From positions 1 to 64,000 of the IMG/VR virus record IMGVR_UViG_3300005758_000044: a stretch of DNA of 64,000 nucleotides; one strand, written 5' to 3'. Within the stretch, counting starts at the first letter, position 1; each line of letters begins with the position of its first letter. The position numbers and the translations under genes were made by a program. This stretch comes from a virus (lineage: Duplodnaviria; Heunggongvirae; Uroviricota; Caudoviricetes). The notes under the pieces were generated by a model. The model worked only from the letters and a program-made list of their open reading frames with translations. It did not search any database and had not been told where the DNA came from. Below are positions 19,245 to 28,762 of this stretch, piece by piece.

Positions 19245-19944
19245 ACGTTAATAATTTAATATCACCATCTAATGTTTCAACAACAAAAGTGTTGTTCTCA
19301 ACCCAATCACCTGTATTGTAATAGTTTACACCTTCTATATTTTTCAATTCAGGTTTGTGTATGTGACCACATAGTACAGAGTCATACCCATGATTAATAC
19401 AGTACATAATCATTGTGTCCTCATAACTAGAAATATATTTTACAGCTTCTTTTGCTTTTTGTTTTAGAAAGTTGCTAAAGCTGAACTTAAATACACGAAA
19501 AAGTTTATTCAAATGTAAACTGTAATCATATATTACAGCTCCTATTTTTTGTATCCACTTGTTTTTTGTAACAATTCCATCAAATTGATCACCGTGAAGT
19601 ATAAGTATACGTTCATTTTTTAGTGTAATGTGTACCGTCTCACGAACTATAGAAATATTACTTCCAAAATAAGCACCATCAAATGGTTCCAGAAAATCAT
19701 CGTGGTTGCCCCATAAATACACAACATTAACACCTTTACGACTCATTCTTAGTATTTTTTGAATTACAGTGTTATAGTTAGAATGCCATTTCATTCTCCG
19801 TTTCAACACCCAACCATCAATAAAATCACCAACAATATACAGGTTTTCACACTCAATTACACTTATCAACTCAAGCAATTTTTCGTGGTTACAATAATCA
19901 CCACCCAAATGTACGTCACTTAAAAATAATGATCTTACTTTCAT
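19210..19944 (-). CDS. calcineurin-like metallophosphoesterase (LpxH-like)
   Basis: LSDVHLG, GDFIDGW, WGNHDD motifs. Confidence 0.75.
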   Translation of the reverse strand: MKVRSLFLSDVHLGGDYCNHEKLLELISVIECENLYIVGDFIDGWVLKRRMKWHSNYNTVIQKILRMSRKGVNVVYLWGNHDDFLEPFDGAYFGSNISIVRETVHITLKNERILILHGDQFDGIVTKNKWIQKIGAVIYDYSLHLNKLFRVFKFSFSNFLKQKAKEAVKYISSYEDTMIMYCINHGYDSVLCGHIHKPELKNIEGVNYYNTGDWVENNTFVVETLDGDIKLLTYEDFIRSSNRG

Positions 19945-19989
19945 AGATATAAGTATAAAAAAGAGTGTTACGGATATGAAACACTACAC

Positions 19990-20391
19990 TTATAGTTTTT
20001 CCCAACCGTTGCTCCAATAACCATCTCCATAGTGAATATACAACTCTTCGCCAGCTTGTATTTTTCGCCTGGTATAAATGTAAATACCTTCATCCACAGT
20101 TGACCACACACAGTTGTTGTCGTCATCGTGATTGTATAAACTCAAATATCCCAATCCAATAACATAACTGTCACTGCCTATAGGATGAGCAAATACAATC
20201 TTTCTCAGAGGTTCTGGCACATCCTTCCATGCATATCTAATAAAACTACTAAATGGATTGTATTCTACAATTATGTTCTGATCCAAGTCATTTGACGTAA
20301 ATACTCCCAATCCCCCTTTGTGACTTTTACGCACAAACAATCCATCGTTTATAAAATACTTCTCAAAATGATGCGGTTGAAACATAGACAA
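19990..20391 (-). CDS. SET-domain protein (putative lysine methyltransferase)
   Basis: GLGVFT (GxG motif) near N-terminus and C-terminal ELYIHYGDGYW (ELxxDYG..YW) SET signature. Confidence 0.5.
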   Translation of the reverse strand: MSMFQPHHFEKYFINDGLFVRKSHKGGLGVFTSNDLDQNIIVEYNPFSSFIRYAWKDVPEPLRKIVFAHPIGSDSYVIGLGYLSLYNHDDDNNCVWSTVDEGIYIYTRRKIQAGEELYIHYGDGYWSNGWEKL

Positions 20392-20396
20392 TAAAC

Positions 20397-20672
20397 TTAT
20401 TTTTTGTTACGATATACCAAAATCATCACCGTAATAATCATATTCAATAATAATCCAATTCCACTATTGATATAGTTGAATATTCCAGTGACGTTGTTTT
20501 CGGTCAAATACAACAATACAAATATCTGACCTATGAAGCCCAATACCCACATGACAATACTAACATTGTAACTACTTTTATGTTTGAAAATTGCCCACAG
20601 TTGAAACAATGGACCAATATTAAACAATATTGTAAATATAATGCCGTAATACTCGGATTTGTTCATATCCAA
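20397..20672 (-). CDS. small membrane protein (3 TM)
   Basis: 91 aa hydrophobic. Confidence 0.5.
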   Translation of the reverse strand: MDMNKSEYYGIIFTILFNIGPLFQLWAIFKHKSSYNVSIVMWVLGFIGQIFVLLYLTENNVTGIFNYINSGIGLLLNMIITVMILVYRNKK

Positions 20673-20700
20673 TCAAACATACCACACACACTATAGAGGG

Positions 20701-21774
20701 TCAATTTTTTATACCCACCCGGCTAACAAATTCTCTCAACTGTTTCACCACTAACTTATCCAACGGTATTCCTCTAAATACATGCTTTATCTTAGCCAAA
20801 GGCATGTTTAATTGTTTTTCTAACGCAGCATACAAACTGTTAATATCCTTGGGTTTGCTCTGCAACGCATCCAATATAGCCTTATCTAACTGTGCTTTTT
20901 TCATGTGCAAGTCTCTGGCTATCTGTTGTTTCTGACGTTCGACATCACTAATTTCCGGTGGTTTGGTTCCAAAAAATTGATAGTAGTTTACAGTGTTTTC
21001 ACGATCAAATCTTTGAAACAATATTTTGTTTTTATCAATACCAACCCTATTAAAGAAATCATCCAACTTGTTTCGATCTTTGATAATCTCCGAATCTTCT
21101 TGCCAAAAACTAATAATATACTTGTCTTCACCCTTCACACCATATACACGACCATCACATTCAGCATACTCACGACTATCGTAACAACGTTTCAGTGTGC
21201 TCAATAATCCTATCAAATTATGATGTGTTGGTCTGTCCAACAGATCGTTAAAAACACTTGATATACTTCGATAAGAAAAATTCCCGTCACTACTTCTTTT
21301 TTCTATAGCAGTCAATACAGTATCATCCGTATGTAATATTTCATTTTCAACTTGTTTGTTTTCACACAATATGGTCTTTTTACTATAATCCCACGCAAAC
21401 CAATATCGCTGGTTGTCAACAATATCATTATATACTAAAAACGTATATAACCCATCATCATACCAACTATATTCGTTGTTTCCATAATATACACCATCAG
21501 GACTTTCACTCAACGATTTATACTTGTCTATGATCTTCCAAATTCTATCTTCATCCTCAAACGACAACTCTTCACCATATGTATTCAAATGTGAAGGGTT
21601 GCCAGGCATCCACCGCCACTTGCCATGTTTTGGTCCCGGCCAGATTTGATTGTGACTGTCTATAGAATCATCTTTACCAACAACTTTGTAATGAACCTTT
21701 CCATAGCTGTCTACATAGCCCAAAATCCATTTCAAATTGCTGCCCTCAACAAGTAAATTTTTAAGTTTAATCAT
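20701..21774 (-). CDS. paralogue family protein A (MIKLKNLL...FRGIPLDKLV)
   Basis: shares N-terminal MIKLKNLL and C-terminal GMP[IL]A[KQ]I[KR]xxFRG[IV]PLDxLV with the next two genes. Confidence 0.55.
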   Translation of the reverse strand: MIKLKNLLVEGSNLKWILGYVDSYGKVHYKVVGKDDSIDSHNQIWPGPKHGKWRWMPGNPSHLNTYGEELSFEDEDRIWKIIDKYKSLSESPDGVYYGNNEYSWYDDGLYTFLVYNDIVDNQRYWFAWDYSKKTILCENKQVENEILHTDDTVLTAIEKRSSDGNFSYRSISSVFNDLLDRPTHHNLIGLLSTLKRCYDSREYAECDGRVYGVKGEDKYIISFWQEDSEIIKDRNKLDDFFNRVGIDKNKILFQRFDRENTVNYYQFFGTKPPEISDVERQKQQIARDLHMKKAQLDKAILDALQSKPKDINSLYAALEKQLNMPLAKIKHVFRGIPLDKLVVKQLREFVSRVGIKN

Positions 21775-21781
21775 ACAATTA

Positions 21782-23227
21782 TCACAACATAATCTGTTGT
21801 TTCATCATTCTCTTATACAATGACTCTTTTTTAACCAACTGATCCAATGGTACTCCTCGAAACTTTTGACGTATTTGTGCTATAGGCATTCCATACTGCT
21901 TTTCAGCCTGAGCTATCAAACTATATCTATCCTTCTTTTCAGAATGCTTTTTAGCCATCTCATCCTTGACATATTGTTCCAATTCCTTCTTACGATCATC
22001 ATTCAATGTAGTAATACCACTGTCAATAAATGACTGCAACTTCTTGATCTCAAATTCCAACATATCAACTTCACGTTCCAAATTTTGCTTTTCTTGTGGA
22101 GTAAATCGCGCAGCCGTTGTATGTAATTGAGCACGTTTTTCAATAAATATATCCGTTTTATTATCCAATATCGGAGCAATAGGTTCCTCCGGTGTGGTAG
22201 AGGATGCTTTGTGAAACCCAGACAACTTATAATAAATCCGATCGCCTACACTCACATAAGGCGTTTGATTGGATGTACGCACTATTTCAACATACGCTTC
22301 ATCATCTTCAATAGACAATATCTTAGCATATAAATTCAAATACTTAAACTTTATAATATCACCAACTGAAAAATCTTTATTGGTCGTACTAGCCGGGTGT
22401 TCTGGTTTCGGAACCTCTACTGGTTTTGGTGTTTCTTTCCACACACCCAAATCTCTAGGATATATCTCAATAATGTTACCTTCAAAAAATCTTCCACCCG
22501 GATTGGTAACTAAGGTAAACTTAACAGTGACACGATCATTATCGATAATACTATCAATTACACCTCTTGGATTATATGGATCTGATGCATCAGACGAATT
22601 GTAATAATACACAACTCTATCCCCAACCTTAACTATGTCACCTTTGCTGATTTGTACCTTGTCGGGTCTAGATACATAGTTTGGATCAATAAACTGTTCA
22701 TATGTATACAAATTAATGTACGGTTCATACAATATCTCTTCGGGTTTGTATCCATTAAACTCTATGGCCTGTTTCCAAAAATCCATATATTCCAACGCAA
22801 CACTTTTGTTATCCCAAAAACTACATATTATAACCTTCTTGCCATCTTCACCGTCCACCTCAAATATACGAGCACGACTTATAGCGTCACCATCGAGACG
22901 CTTTATATCATACAATATACTCTCCAAATTGCTATGCCCACCGCCATTATTTCCTTTTCTCAAACGATTGATATTATACAACTTGTCATGATCACGATTA
23001 TCACCATCTTTCTGTTCCACCTCTTTTATCTCGGCCACAACACTGGGATCCGATGAAAAAAACTCCTTTTTGATATCACTATAACCAAATAACTCCGTTT
23101 TGTTTGTTTTTTTGTCACGATACACAAAAAACGCAGACCGATTCGCTGGAGTTGTATATCCATACCGTTTTCCACCATATTTGAGTGTATCGGGATTTTC
23201 TGCAAGAAGATTTTTCAATTTTATCAT
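21782..23227 (-). CDS. paralogue family protein B
   Basis: start taken at MIKLKNLL; same N/C-terminal motifs. Confidence 0.55.
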   Translation of the reverse strand: MIKLKNLLAENPDTLKYGGKRYGYTTPANRSAFFVYRDKKTNKTELFGYSDIKKEFFSSDPSVVAEIKEVEQKDGDNRDHDKLYNINRLRKGNNGGGHSNLESILYDIKRLDGDAISRARIFEVDGEDGKKVIICSFWDNKSVALEYMDFWKQAIEFNGYKPEEILYEPYINLYTYEQFIDPNYVSRPDKVQISKGDIVKVGDRVVYYYNSSDASDPYNPRGVIDSIIDNDRVTVKFTLVTNPGGRFFEGNIIEIYPRDLGVWKETPKPVEVPKPEHPASTTNKDFSVGDIIKFKYLNLYAKILSIEDDEAYVEIVRTSNQTPYVSVGDRIYYKLSGFHKASSTTPEEPIAPILDNKTDIFIEKRAQLHTTAARFTPQEKQNLEREVDMLEFEIKKLQSFIDSGITTLNDDRKKELEQYVKDEMAKKHSEKKDRYSLIAQAEKQYGMPIAQIRQKFRGVPLDQLVKKESLYKRMMKQQIML

Positions 23228-23241
23228 ATGTGTTATAAATA

Positions 23242-24606
23242 TCAAATACTTATTTTTGCAATCTTTTCTTTTTTAGCTTGTGCTATTTTTGGACTAACCA
23301 CTCCAATTGTACCCTTCTTCAAATCAGCCGCGGGTAAATTAGATGTAGAATATCTACCAATATTCAATACAAACTTAACAGACCCAGATTGACGTATCGC
23401 AGTCACACTCTGACTGTCTATTCCTATAGTCTGCTTCAATATAACACTATTACGACTCTTCGCTACCTTGGGTAACAACAAATAATACTGTATCCATTTT
23501 ATAAATGCCACTACATTACTCGCTATCTGACTACCCAAATATCTAAACTCTATGGTTCGCTTGCTTCTCATAGCAGCCACATTGGTACCCCAATATCGAC
23601 CCAAATCACTCAACAACACAAATAACCGCTCGTTGCTCAATACAAATGACTTTTCTTTGGTACTCTGATTCTCCGGCGTCTTTATCAACTTGTTTACTAT
23701 AGAATTATGCAACTTGTCTCTCAATTGTGCCCATGATGCCAAATCCCGCCCCGGCCCAACTTGATTCTTGATCGCTCGCTCATCCACCAATGTCGTTATC
23801 GCCAATAAATCAAACGCATCAAAATCATCAGGTAACCCAATATGCACATGAGCACTCGTTCCTCCACTAACATTCTGCTCAGATACATAATCACTTATCT
23901 GCTTCACCAACTCAAACTCACTCTGCTTCAAATGCTTGCTTCGTATCTCAATGTTGTCTCCATCAGGACCCACTCCCCATACATCCTTGCCACCATCACC
24001 ATACTGAACATTCTCACCCATATTATTCTGTATATATGACATAGCCTCCCTCACATTGTCTTCAATAGATGACTTGTCAGCCACACTGCTACGATCCACA
24101 TATCTCTCCCACTCACCACTTCGTATTATCCAACTAATATAATCATCACGGTAATCATAAAAATCCCGACCTAACCAATAATTATACTCATACTTAACAT
24201 CATCTCTACTGCTCTTCCACTGGTCATACGCCTTATCATACTCTTCATCAGTCTCAAAATCACGCGGTTCAGGCTCAGATACTAAACTGTCATACGTATC
24301 TGTATCTATAGGACCATAACTGTTATCCCATCTGCTCACATCATTATACATCCTACGATTAACATCTCGACGCTGCTCCTCCACCCACTCACTATAATTG
24401 CCATCTACTTCACTGTTGTTCTCTAACTCAAGTCGCAACTTGTTTTCATCCACCTCTTCACTGCTAGATGGCTCATATTCAAACTCTATTCCAAACGTAT
24501 AAGCATCCAACTCTCCCGTGCCATACTTCTTAACCAATCCAGCTTTTACCGCCGGTGCCTTATCAAATGGTATTATCTCATTCACCACATTCGCAAGTTT
24601 TATCAT
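23242..24606 (-). CDS. paralogue family protein C
   Basis: start taken at MIKLANVV (ATG 24606); divergent C-terminus. Confidence 0.5.
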   Translation of the reverse strand: MIKLANVVNEIIPFDKAPAVKAGLVKKYGTGELDAYTFGIEFEYEPSSSEEVDENKLRLELENNSEVDGNYSEWVEEQRRDVNRRMYNDVSRWDNSYGPIDTDTYDSLVSEPEPRDFETDEEYDKAYDQWKSSRDDVKYEYNYWLGRDFYDYRDDYISWIIRSGEWERYVDRSSVADKSSIEDNVREAMSYIQNNMGENVQYGDGGKDVWGVGPDGDNIEIRSKHLKQSEFELVKQISDYVSEQNVSGGTSAHVHIGLPDDFDAFDLLAITTLVDERAIKNQVGPGRDLASWAQLRDKLHNSIVNKLIKTPENQSTKEKSFVLSNERLFVLLSDLGRYWGTNVAAMRSKRTIEFRYLGSQIASNVVAFIKWIQYYLLLPKVAKSRNSVILKQTIGIDSQSVTAIRQSGSVKFVLNIGRYSTSNLPAADLKKGTIGVVSPKIAQAKKEKIAKISI

Positions 24607-24649
24607 ATGCAAAATAAATATACCCCATATACCCATAGTGCCTATATAT

Positions 24650-24668
24650 TTACGCTGCCCACCACCAA
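24650..24668 (-). promoter_or_regulatory. GGTGGGCAGCG-TAAATA upstream element
   Basis: minus-strand reading GGTGGTGGGCAGCGTAAATATATAGG ~50 nt upstream of ATG at 24606. Confidence 0.4.
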
Positions 24669-24708
24669 AAAAATACATATATATCTAACCATTTTGTATT
24701 TATATCAC

Positions 24709-25662
24709 ATGAAACATAGCCTTAGAACTGTAAAAATGCCGCCGGACAAAATTCAATCTACTTTGGATAAACATTTCTCAAAAACATATCCAGATGGATT
24801 TCACGGTTATAGAGGTGCAAAATATACAGAAAATAGTTTGTTTATTAACCCACAAAAACTTACACGCACCTCAAAAGACACAAACAACTTATACTACGTT
24901 CTGATGGATAATCTTCCAAGTTACAAAAATTATCCATCCAGAAGCAAAAGCATCATATTTTCCAACAACAAATCATACACAGAATTATACGGAACACACA
25001 CTTTTCAAGTTTTTCCTTCAAACTACGCAAAAATAGCAGTCGCGGAAATTAAAAACGATTTCATAAAATTTACATACGCATTTAGAGTTTTCGAATTATA
25101 CGATACAACATCACTCGTTTCAAATCTAGCACGGGGACTAAATGTACTATACACTACACATCCACACCTTAATGAACTGAAAAATATATATGACACCAAT
25201 AACATACCACAATTAAAAGAATGGATCGTCGATATGTCAAATTTACTAATGACTTCACTGCCTTCAAGCGACGGTTTCTACAAAGATGTGCCACGAACAT
25301 TAGAGTTTTTACAAAAAATCAACAACACTGATTATAAACAATATATACAACCTCTCTTGTATTTGTACGGAAACGACATTTCATATCGCCATCATATCGT
25401 TTTGCCATACACATTTGGTGAACAGTCTTTTATGTCCACCTTTTTGCTTTTGTTAGAAACTCAGGGACGCATACTCAATATCCTAGACGACTTGTTCAAT
25501 CCAACTAAAAATGATATTCAACTGATGGACGTGTCTCAAGCAAAAACACTCATGTCCGATCCAAAAATATACGAACTATGGACAGACTCTTTATGCTACC
25601 TTGTACGAACCAAACAAGATGACATAAACGAACGCGTCAATTATAAAGACTTCTACAAATAA
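24709..25662 (+). CDS. hypothetical protein
   Basis: ORF 24607-25662 trimmed to the first ATG clear of the divergent promoter region. Confidence 0.5.
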   Translation: MKHSLRTVKMPPDKIQSTLDKHFSKTYPDGFHGYRGAKYTENSLFINPQKLTRTSKDTNNLYYVLMDNLPSYKNYPSRSKSIIFSNNKSYTELYGTHTFQVFPSNYAKIAVAEIKNDFIKFTYAFRVFELYDTTSLVSNLARGLNVLYTTHPHLNELKNIYDTNNIPQLKEWIVDMSNLLMTSLPSSDGFYKDVPRTLEFLQKINNTDYKQYIQPLLYLYGNDISYRHHIVLPYTFGEQSFMSTFLLLLETQGRILNILDDLFNPTKNDIQLMDVSQAKTLMSDPKIYELWTDSLCYLVRTKQDDINERVNYKDFYK

Positions 25663-25667
25663 ACATT

Positions 25668-26402
25668 TTAGTTGTACCACCCACGAACAGCACGCACTAT
25701 AGAACTTATGTCTCTATACACAGACGGTACCAAATATCCATTCACCATCTTATTCTTGCTCTCAATGCCAATAGGATTCTGTATATCCGAACTATAAAAT
25801 CCTCTAACCTTTTTATACGCATCCATCACCACCTTGTCAGTCAATTCACCATCCGAATTCTTTACCTCCACAAAAAACTCAAAATGATTCTTATAATACT
25901 CACGGTTTTTACTCAATGACTCATATACCTTACGTATAAACTCCTCCGGTACCTTACGATCTCTCTCCTTACTCCTCTCTATAGCAACATCCAAATCAGT
26001 GTCAATATATACCATGCCAGTATCATAACCAAATGACTTCAATATTCCTTCTCTCTTAAATAAACTAGACGCACTATTGCTGGTTCCATCCACAAACAAC
26101 GGCAACGCACCGTTAACATACCCTGATAATTGATTGACCGTCACCTTCTTAATCATATCCACATGCACGTCAAACTCACCAGATATATCTCTGCCAAACT
26201 TCTTGCTCAAATACTCCGTATAAATATCCGTATTCACCACCCTAGGCATTATCCCTCCATCACTTATCTTGTTCAATACATAACTCTTGCCAGCACCCGG
26301 TATGCCCGCAAAAAATACAGCCTTAAATATACCTCGATCATTCACACTCTCCAAAAGATCGACGCTCATACTAGTCTCCTCAAAAAAATCACGATATCTC
26401 AT
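25668..26402 (-). CDS. P-loop kinase (polynucleotide kinase / zeta-toxin-like fold)
   Basis: Walker A GIPGAGKSYVLNK, then RVVNTD. Confidence 0.55.
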   Translation of the reverse strand: MRYRDFFEETSMSVDLLESVNDRGIFKAVFFAGIPGAGKSYVLNKISDGGIMPRVVNTDIYTEYLSKKFGRDISGEFDVHVDMIKKVTVNQLSGYVNGALPLFVDGTSNSASSLFKREGILKSFGYDTGMVYIDTDLDVAIERSKERDRKVPEEFIRKVYESLSKNREYYKNHFEFFVEVKNSDGELTDKVVMDAYKKVRGFYSSDIQNPIGIESKNKMVNGYLVPSVYRDISSIVRAVRGWYN

Positions 26403-26442
26403 ATTTTCTATAAATATACTCCTCTCCCTCTATAGATAGATT

Positions 26443-26460
26443 ATTTACGCTGCCCACCCC
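26443..26460 (-). promoter_or_regulatory. GGTGGGCAGCG-TAAATA upstream element
   Basis: minus reading GGTGGGGTGGGCAGCGTAAATAATCTATCTATAGAGG upstream of ATG 26402. Confidence 0.4.
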
Positions 26461-26498
26461 ACCAACAATATCCGCCCGGTATTCACACAATCACTCAT

Positions 26499-26963
26499 TT
26501 ACCTATTACCATACGTTCCAGCCAATATATCCAAACAATATACCATTCTGCCATGCACCGTCGTAGTCAATAACATAACATTATGCTTAATATCACTCAC
26601 CTCTCCCTTAACCTCATTGCCATAATACGTGTTCTTGTACACACTATCACTAAAATATCCCTCATATCCATGCTTACCCATATTGATACCACGCTCATAC
26701 GGAAATACCAAAAACTCCCGGTTCCATGGATCCATCATATACCTGCCCGCAACTATACCATTCACTCTCCTACTACTACGATACTCATATCCATACTCGT
26801 TACGCACATAATAATCCAATATGCCACTATACCTTATCAAATCTTTACTGCTATCCCGTATCCTTATATCCAAATAATTCGCCATGTAACTACATAACGT
26901 ATACGCACTATTATTCAATACCCACTCGTCATTCATTACCATATATTCTGTATGCTTATTCAT
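26499..26963 (-). CDS. hypothetical Tyr-rich protein
   Basis: ORF trimmed to MNKHTEYMVM; the longer N-terminal extension in the track reads through a tandem repeat and promoter motif. Confidence 0.5.
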   Translation of the reverse strand: MNKHTEYMVMNDEWVLNNSAYTLCSYMANYLDIRIRDSSKDLIRYSGILDYYVRNEYGYEYRSSRRVNGIVAGRYMMDPWNREFLVFPYERGINMGKHGYEGYFSDSVYKNTYYGNEVKGEVSDIKHNVMLLTTTVHGRMVYCLDILAGTYGNR

Positions 26964-27002
26964 AAATATATACAAAACCCTCCCTATCCCCATAGAGGTT
27001 AT

Positions 27003-27018
27003 TTGCGCTGCCCACCCC
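27003..27018 (-). promoter_or_regulatory. GGTGGGCAGCG-CAAATA upstream element
   Basis: minus reading GGGGGGTGGGCAGCGCAAATAACCTCTATGGGG upstream of ATG 26963. Confidence 0.4.
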
Positions 27019-27055
27019 CCACTCACTCCACTCACTCCACTCACTCCACTCACTC
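27019..27055. repeat. tandem 9-mer (CCACTCACT)x4
   Basis: ccactcactccactcactccactcactccactcact. Confidence 0.8.
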
Positions 27056-27076
27056 TCTTATACCTCATATATACAA

Positions 27077-27268
27077 TCAACCACATCTCTCCACCTCCGC
27101 ACGACGCATCACTATAACCTCATCATAATACTTATACACATCTTCTATTCGCACATCAACTCCCGATAACGCCATCAACGCAACTACTCCCTCACATTGC
27201 ATTCTTCTACGCATCTCAGGTCGCTCACCCCACAACTTCACATAATCAATTCGCCGCCACTTTTCCAT
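27077..27268 (-). CDS. hypothetical protein
   Basis: 63-aa ORF, weak. Confidence 0.3.
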   Translation of the reverse strand: MEKWRRIDYVKLWGERPEMRRRMQCEGVVALMALSGVDVRIEDVYKYYDEVIVMRRAEVERCG

Positions 27269-27597
27269 ATCACCATCTTACCACACTTCCACTTCCTCGT
27301 CAATAATTAACATATTTCACTAATACGTATTCAATTTATTCACATATGCTGTTTCTCACTTTTTGTAAAACTTATATATACGCAATATATACGGTCAGTC
27401 TTACACCCAACCAACGCATAATAGCGTTTTAGCTGCTGAAGCGCAATTTTATTTGCATAGCGTTGCGTATATATGAATCAGCGTATATATGGTTATTGTG
27501 ATAATGAGTATAAGTTAGCGTATAATAGCAACTAGTGTGTGTGTAAGTTGTTGATAATGGGTATAATGGTGGGGTTTACGGGGTGAAAAAAATGTGC

Positions 27598-27626
27598 TTG
27601 ACAAGTTGAAAAAAATGAAATAAAAT
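27598..27626 (+). promoter_or_regulatory. consensus sigma70 promoter (TTGACA-17-TAAAAT)
   Basis: exact -35 with 17-nt spacer; first of three tandem promoters. Confidence 0.6.
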
Positions 27627-27653
27627 CCCGAAAAAATGTGCTCAAGAAAGTTA

Positions 27654-27682
27654 TTGACAAGCTAAATGAGTTATGGTATAAG
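27654..27682 (+). promoter_or_regulatory. consensus sigma70 promoter (TTGACA-17-TATAAG)
   Basis: second tandem promoter. Confidence 0.55.
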
Positions 27683-27712
27683 CGACGCTTTTTTGGCGAC
27701 CCAAATGGGGTA

Positions 27713-27741
27713 TTGACAAACGATGTAAAAAGGTGTATGCT
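27713..27741 (+). promoter_or_regulatory. consensus sigma70 promoter (TTGACA-17-TGTATGCT, extended -10)
   Basis: third tandem promoter. Confidence 0.55.
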
Positions 27742-27935
27742 AATGGTGATGCGCTATAGTAAAAGCAATTTGCGCAGGGTTGGTACGCAGTTAGTATAAC
27801 ATGCAAACGCTGATTTGTCAAGGTTTTTATGGTTTTCCGCGTTATGGGTGGTTGGAGTTGGTTTCCGCGGCTGAAGGAACAAAGAGTATGTGGGTGCTTG
27901 ACTTTGTATAAAGGTATGGTAGAGTGTATGTAGAT

Positions 27936-28688
27936 ATGAGCGTATTGTTTTTCATCAAAGGAAATGCTAAGCTTGGTAAGGAGATTTACACGTTTTCGTT
28001 GCCTAGTGGTTTTACGTGTCCGGGAGCTGTGGAGTGTTTGAGTCGTGCTAATCGTGAGACTGGCAAGATTGTGGATGGAAAGCAGACATTGTTTCGGTGT
28101 TTTAGTGCTAGTCAGGAGACGTTGTATCCTGTTGTGAGGGTGCAGCGGTGGAAGAATTTTGATGCTTTGAGCAAGTTGAGTAGGAGTGAGATGGTTGTGT
28201 TGATAGCTAGTAATTTGCCAAAGAAGGCACGTATTGTTAGGGTGCATGTTGCTGGTGATTTTTTCAATGAGGACTATTTTTTGGCCTGGATGGATGTTGC
28301 TAGTATGTTTGGCAGTGTGGTATTTTATGCTTACACCAAGAGTGTTAATATGTGGGTAAAGCATATGGATAAGGTACCGCGTAACTTTGTATTGACGGCT
28401 AGTTTTGGTGGTCGGCATGACAATTTGATTGAGCAGCACAAGTTGAAGTATGCCAAGGTAGTTTACAGTGTTGAGCAAGCCAAAGAGCTTAATTTGGCTA
28501 TTGATCATGATGACACGCATGCTTATTTGACAAATGAGTCATTTGCATTGTTGTTGCATGGTACGCAACCCAAGCAAAGTGATGCTTCTGTTGCGTTGCA
28601 GAAGTTGAGAAAGCAGGGTATTGGTGGATATGGCAAGCAGAAGCAGAAGCGTATTGAAGCAAATACCGCGAACAAAACTGTTGAGTGA
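27936..28688 (+). CDS. phage GP88-like family protein (conserved CPG..C cysteines)
   Basis: MSVLFFIKGNAKLGKE...FTCPGAVEC; own early promoter TTGACTTTGTATAAAGG at 27895. Confidence 0.45.
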   Translation: MSVLFFIKGNAKLGKEIYTFSLPSGFTCPGAVECLSRANRETGKIVDGKQTLFRCFSASQETLYPVVRVQRWKNFDALSKLSRSEMVVLIASNLPKKARIVRVHVAGDFFNEDYFLAWMDVASMFGSVVFYAYTKSVNMWVKHMDKVPRNFVLTASFGGRHDNLIEQHKLKYAKVVYSVEQAKELNLAIDHDDTHAYLTNESFALLLHGTQPKQSDASVALQKLRKQGIGGYGKQKQKRIEANTANKTVE

Positions 28689-28691
28689 GGC

Positions 28692-28719
28692 TTGACTTTT
28701 TCTAAACATGGTATAAACT
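28692..28719 (+). promoter_or_regulatory. early promoter (TTGACT...TATAAACT) with CAA-rich leader
   Basis: cttgactttttctaaacatggtataaactg; near-identical copy at 29158. Confidence 0.6.
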
Positions 28720-28762
28720 GTATATACGGTAGCAACAACAACAACAACGAAAGAACGACGAT

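Noticed and set aside
26963-27086. N-terminal extension of ORF 26499-27086 containing GVSGVSGVSG
   Set aside because: The extension is translated from the 9-mer tandem repeat and the GGTGGGCAGCG upstream motif. The start was moved to the first ATG downstream of these elements.
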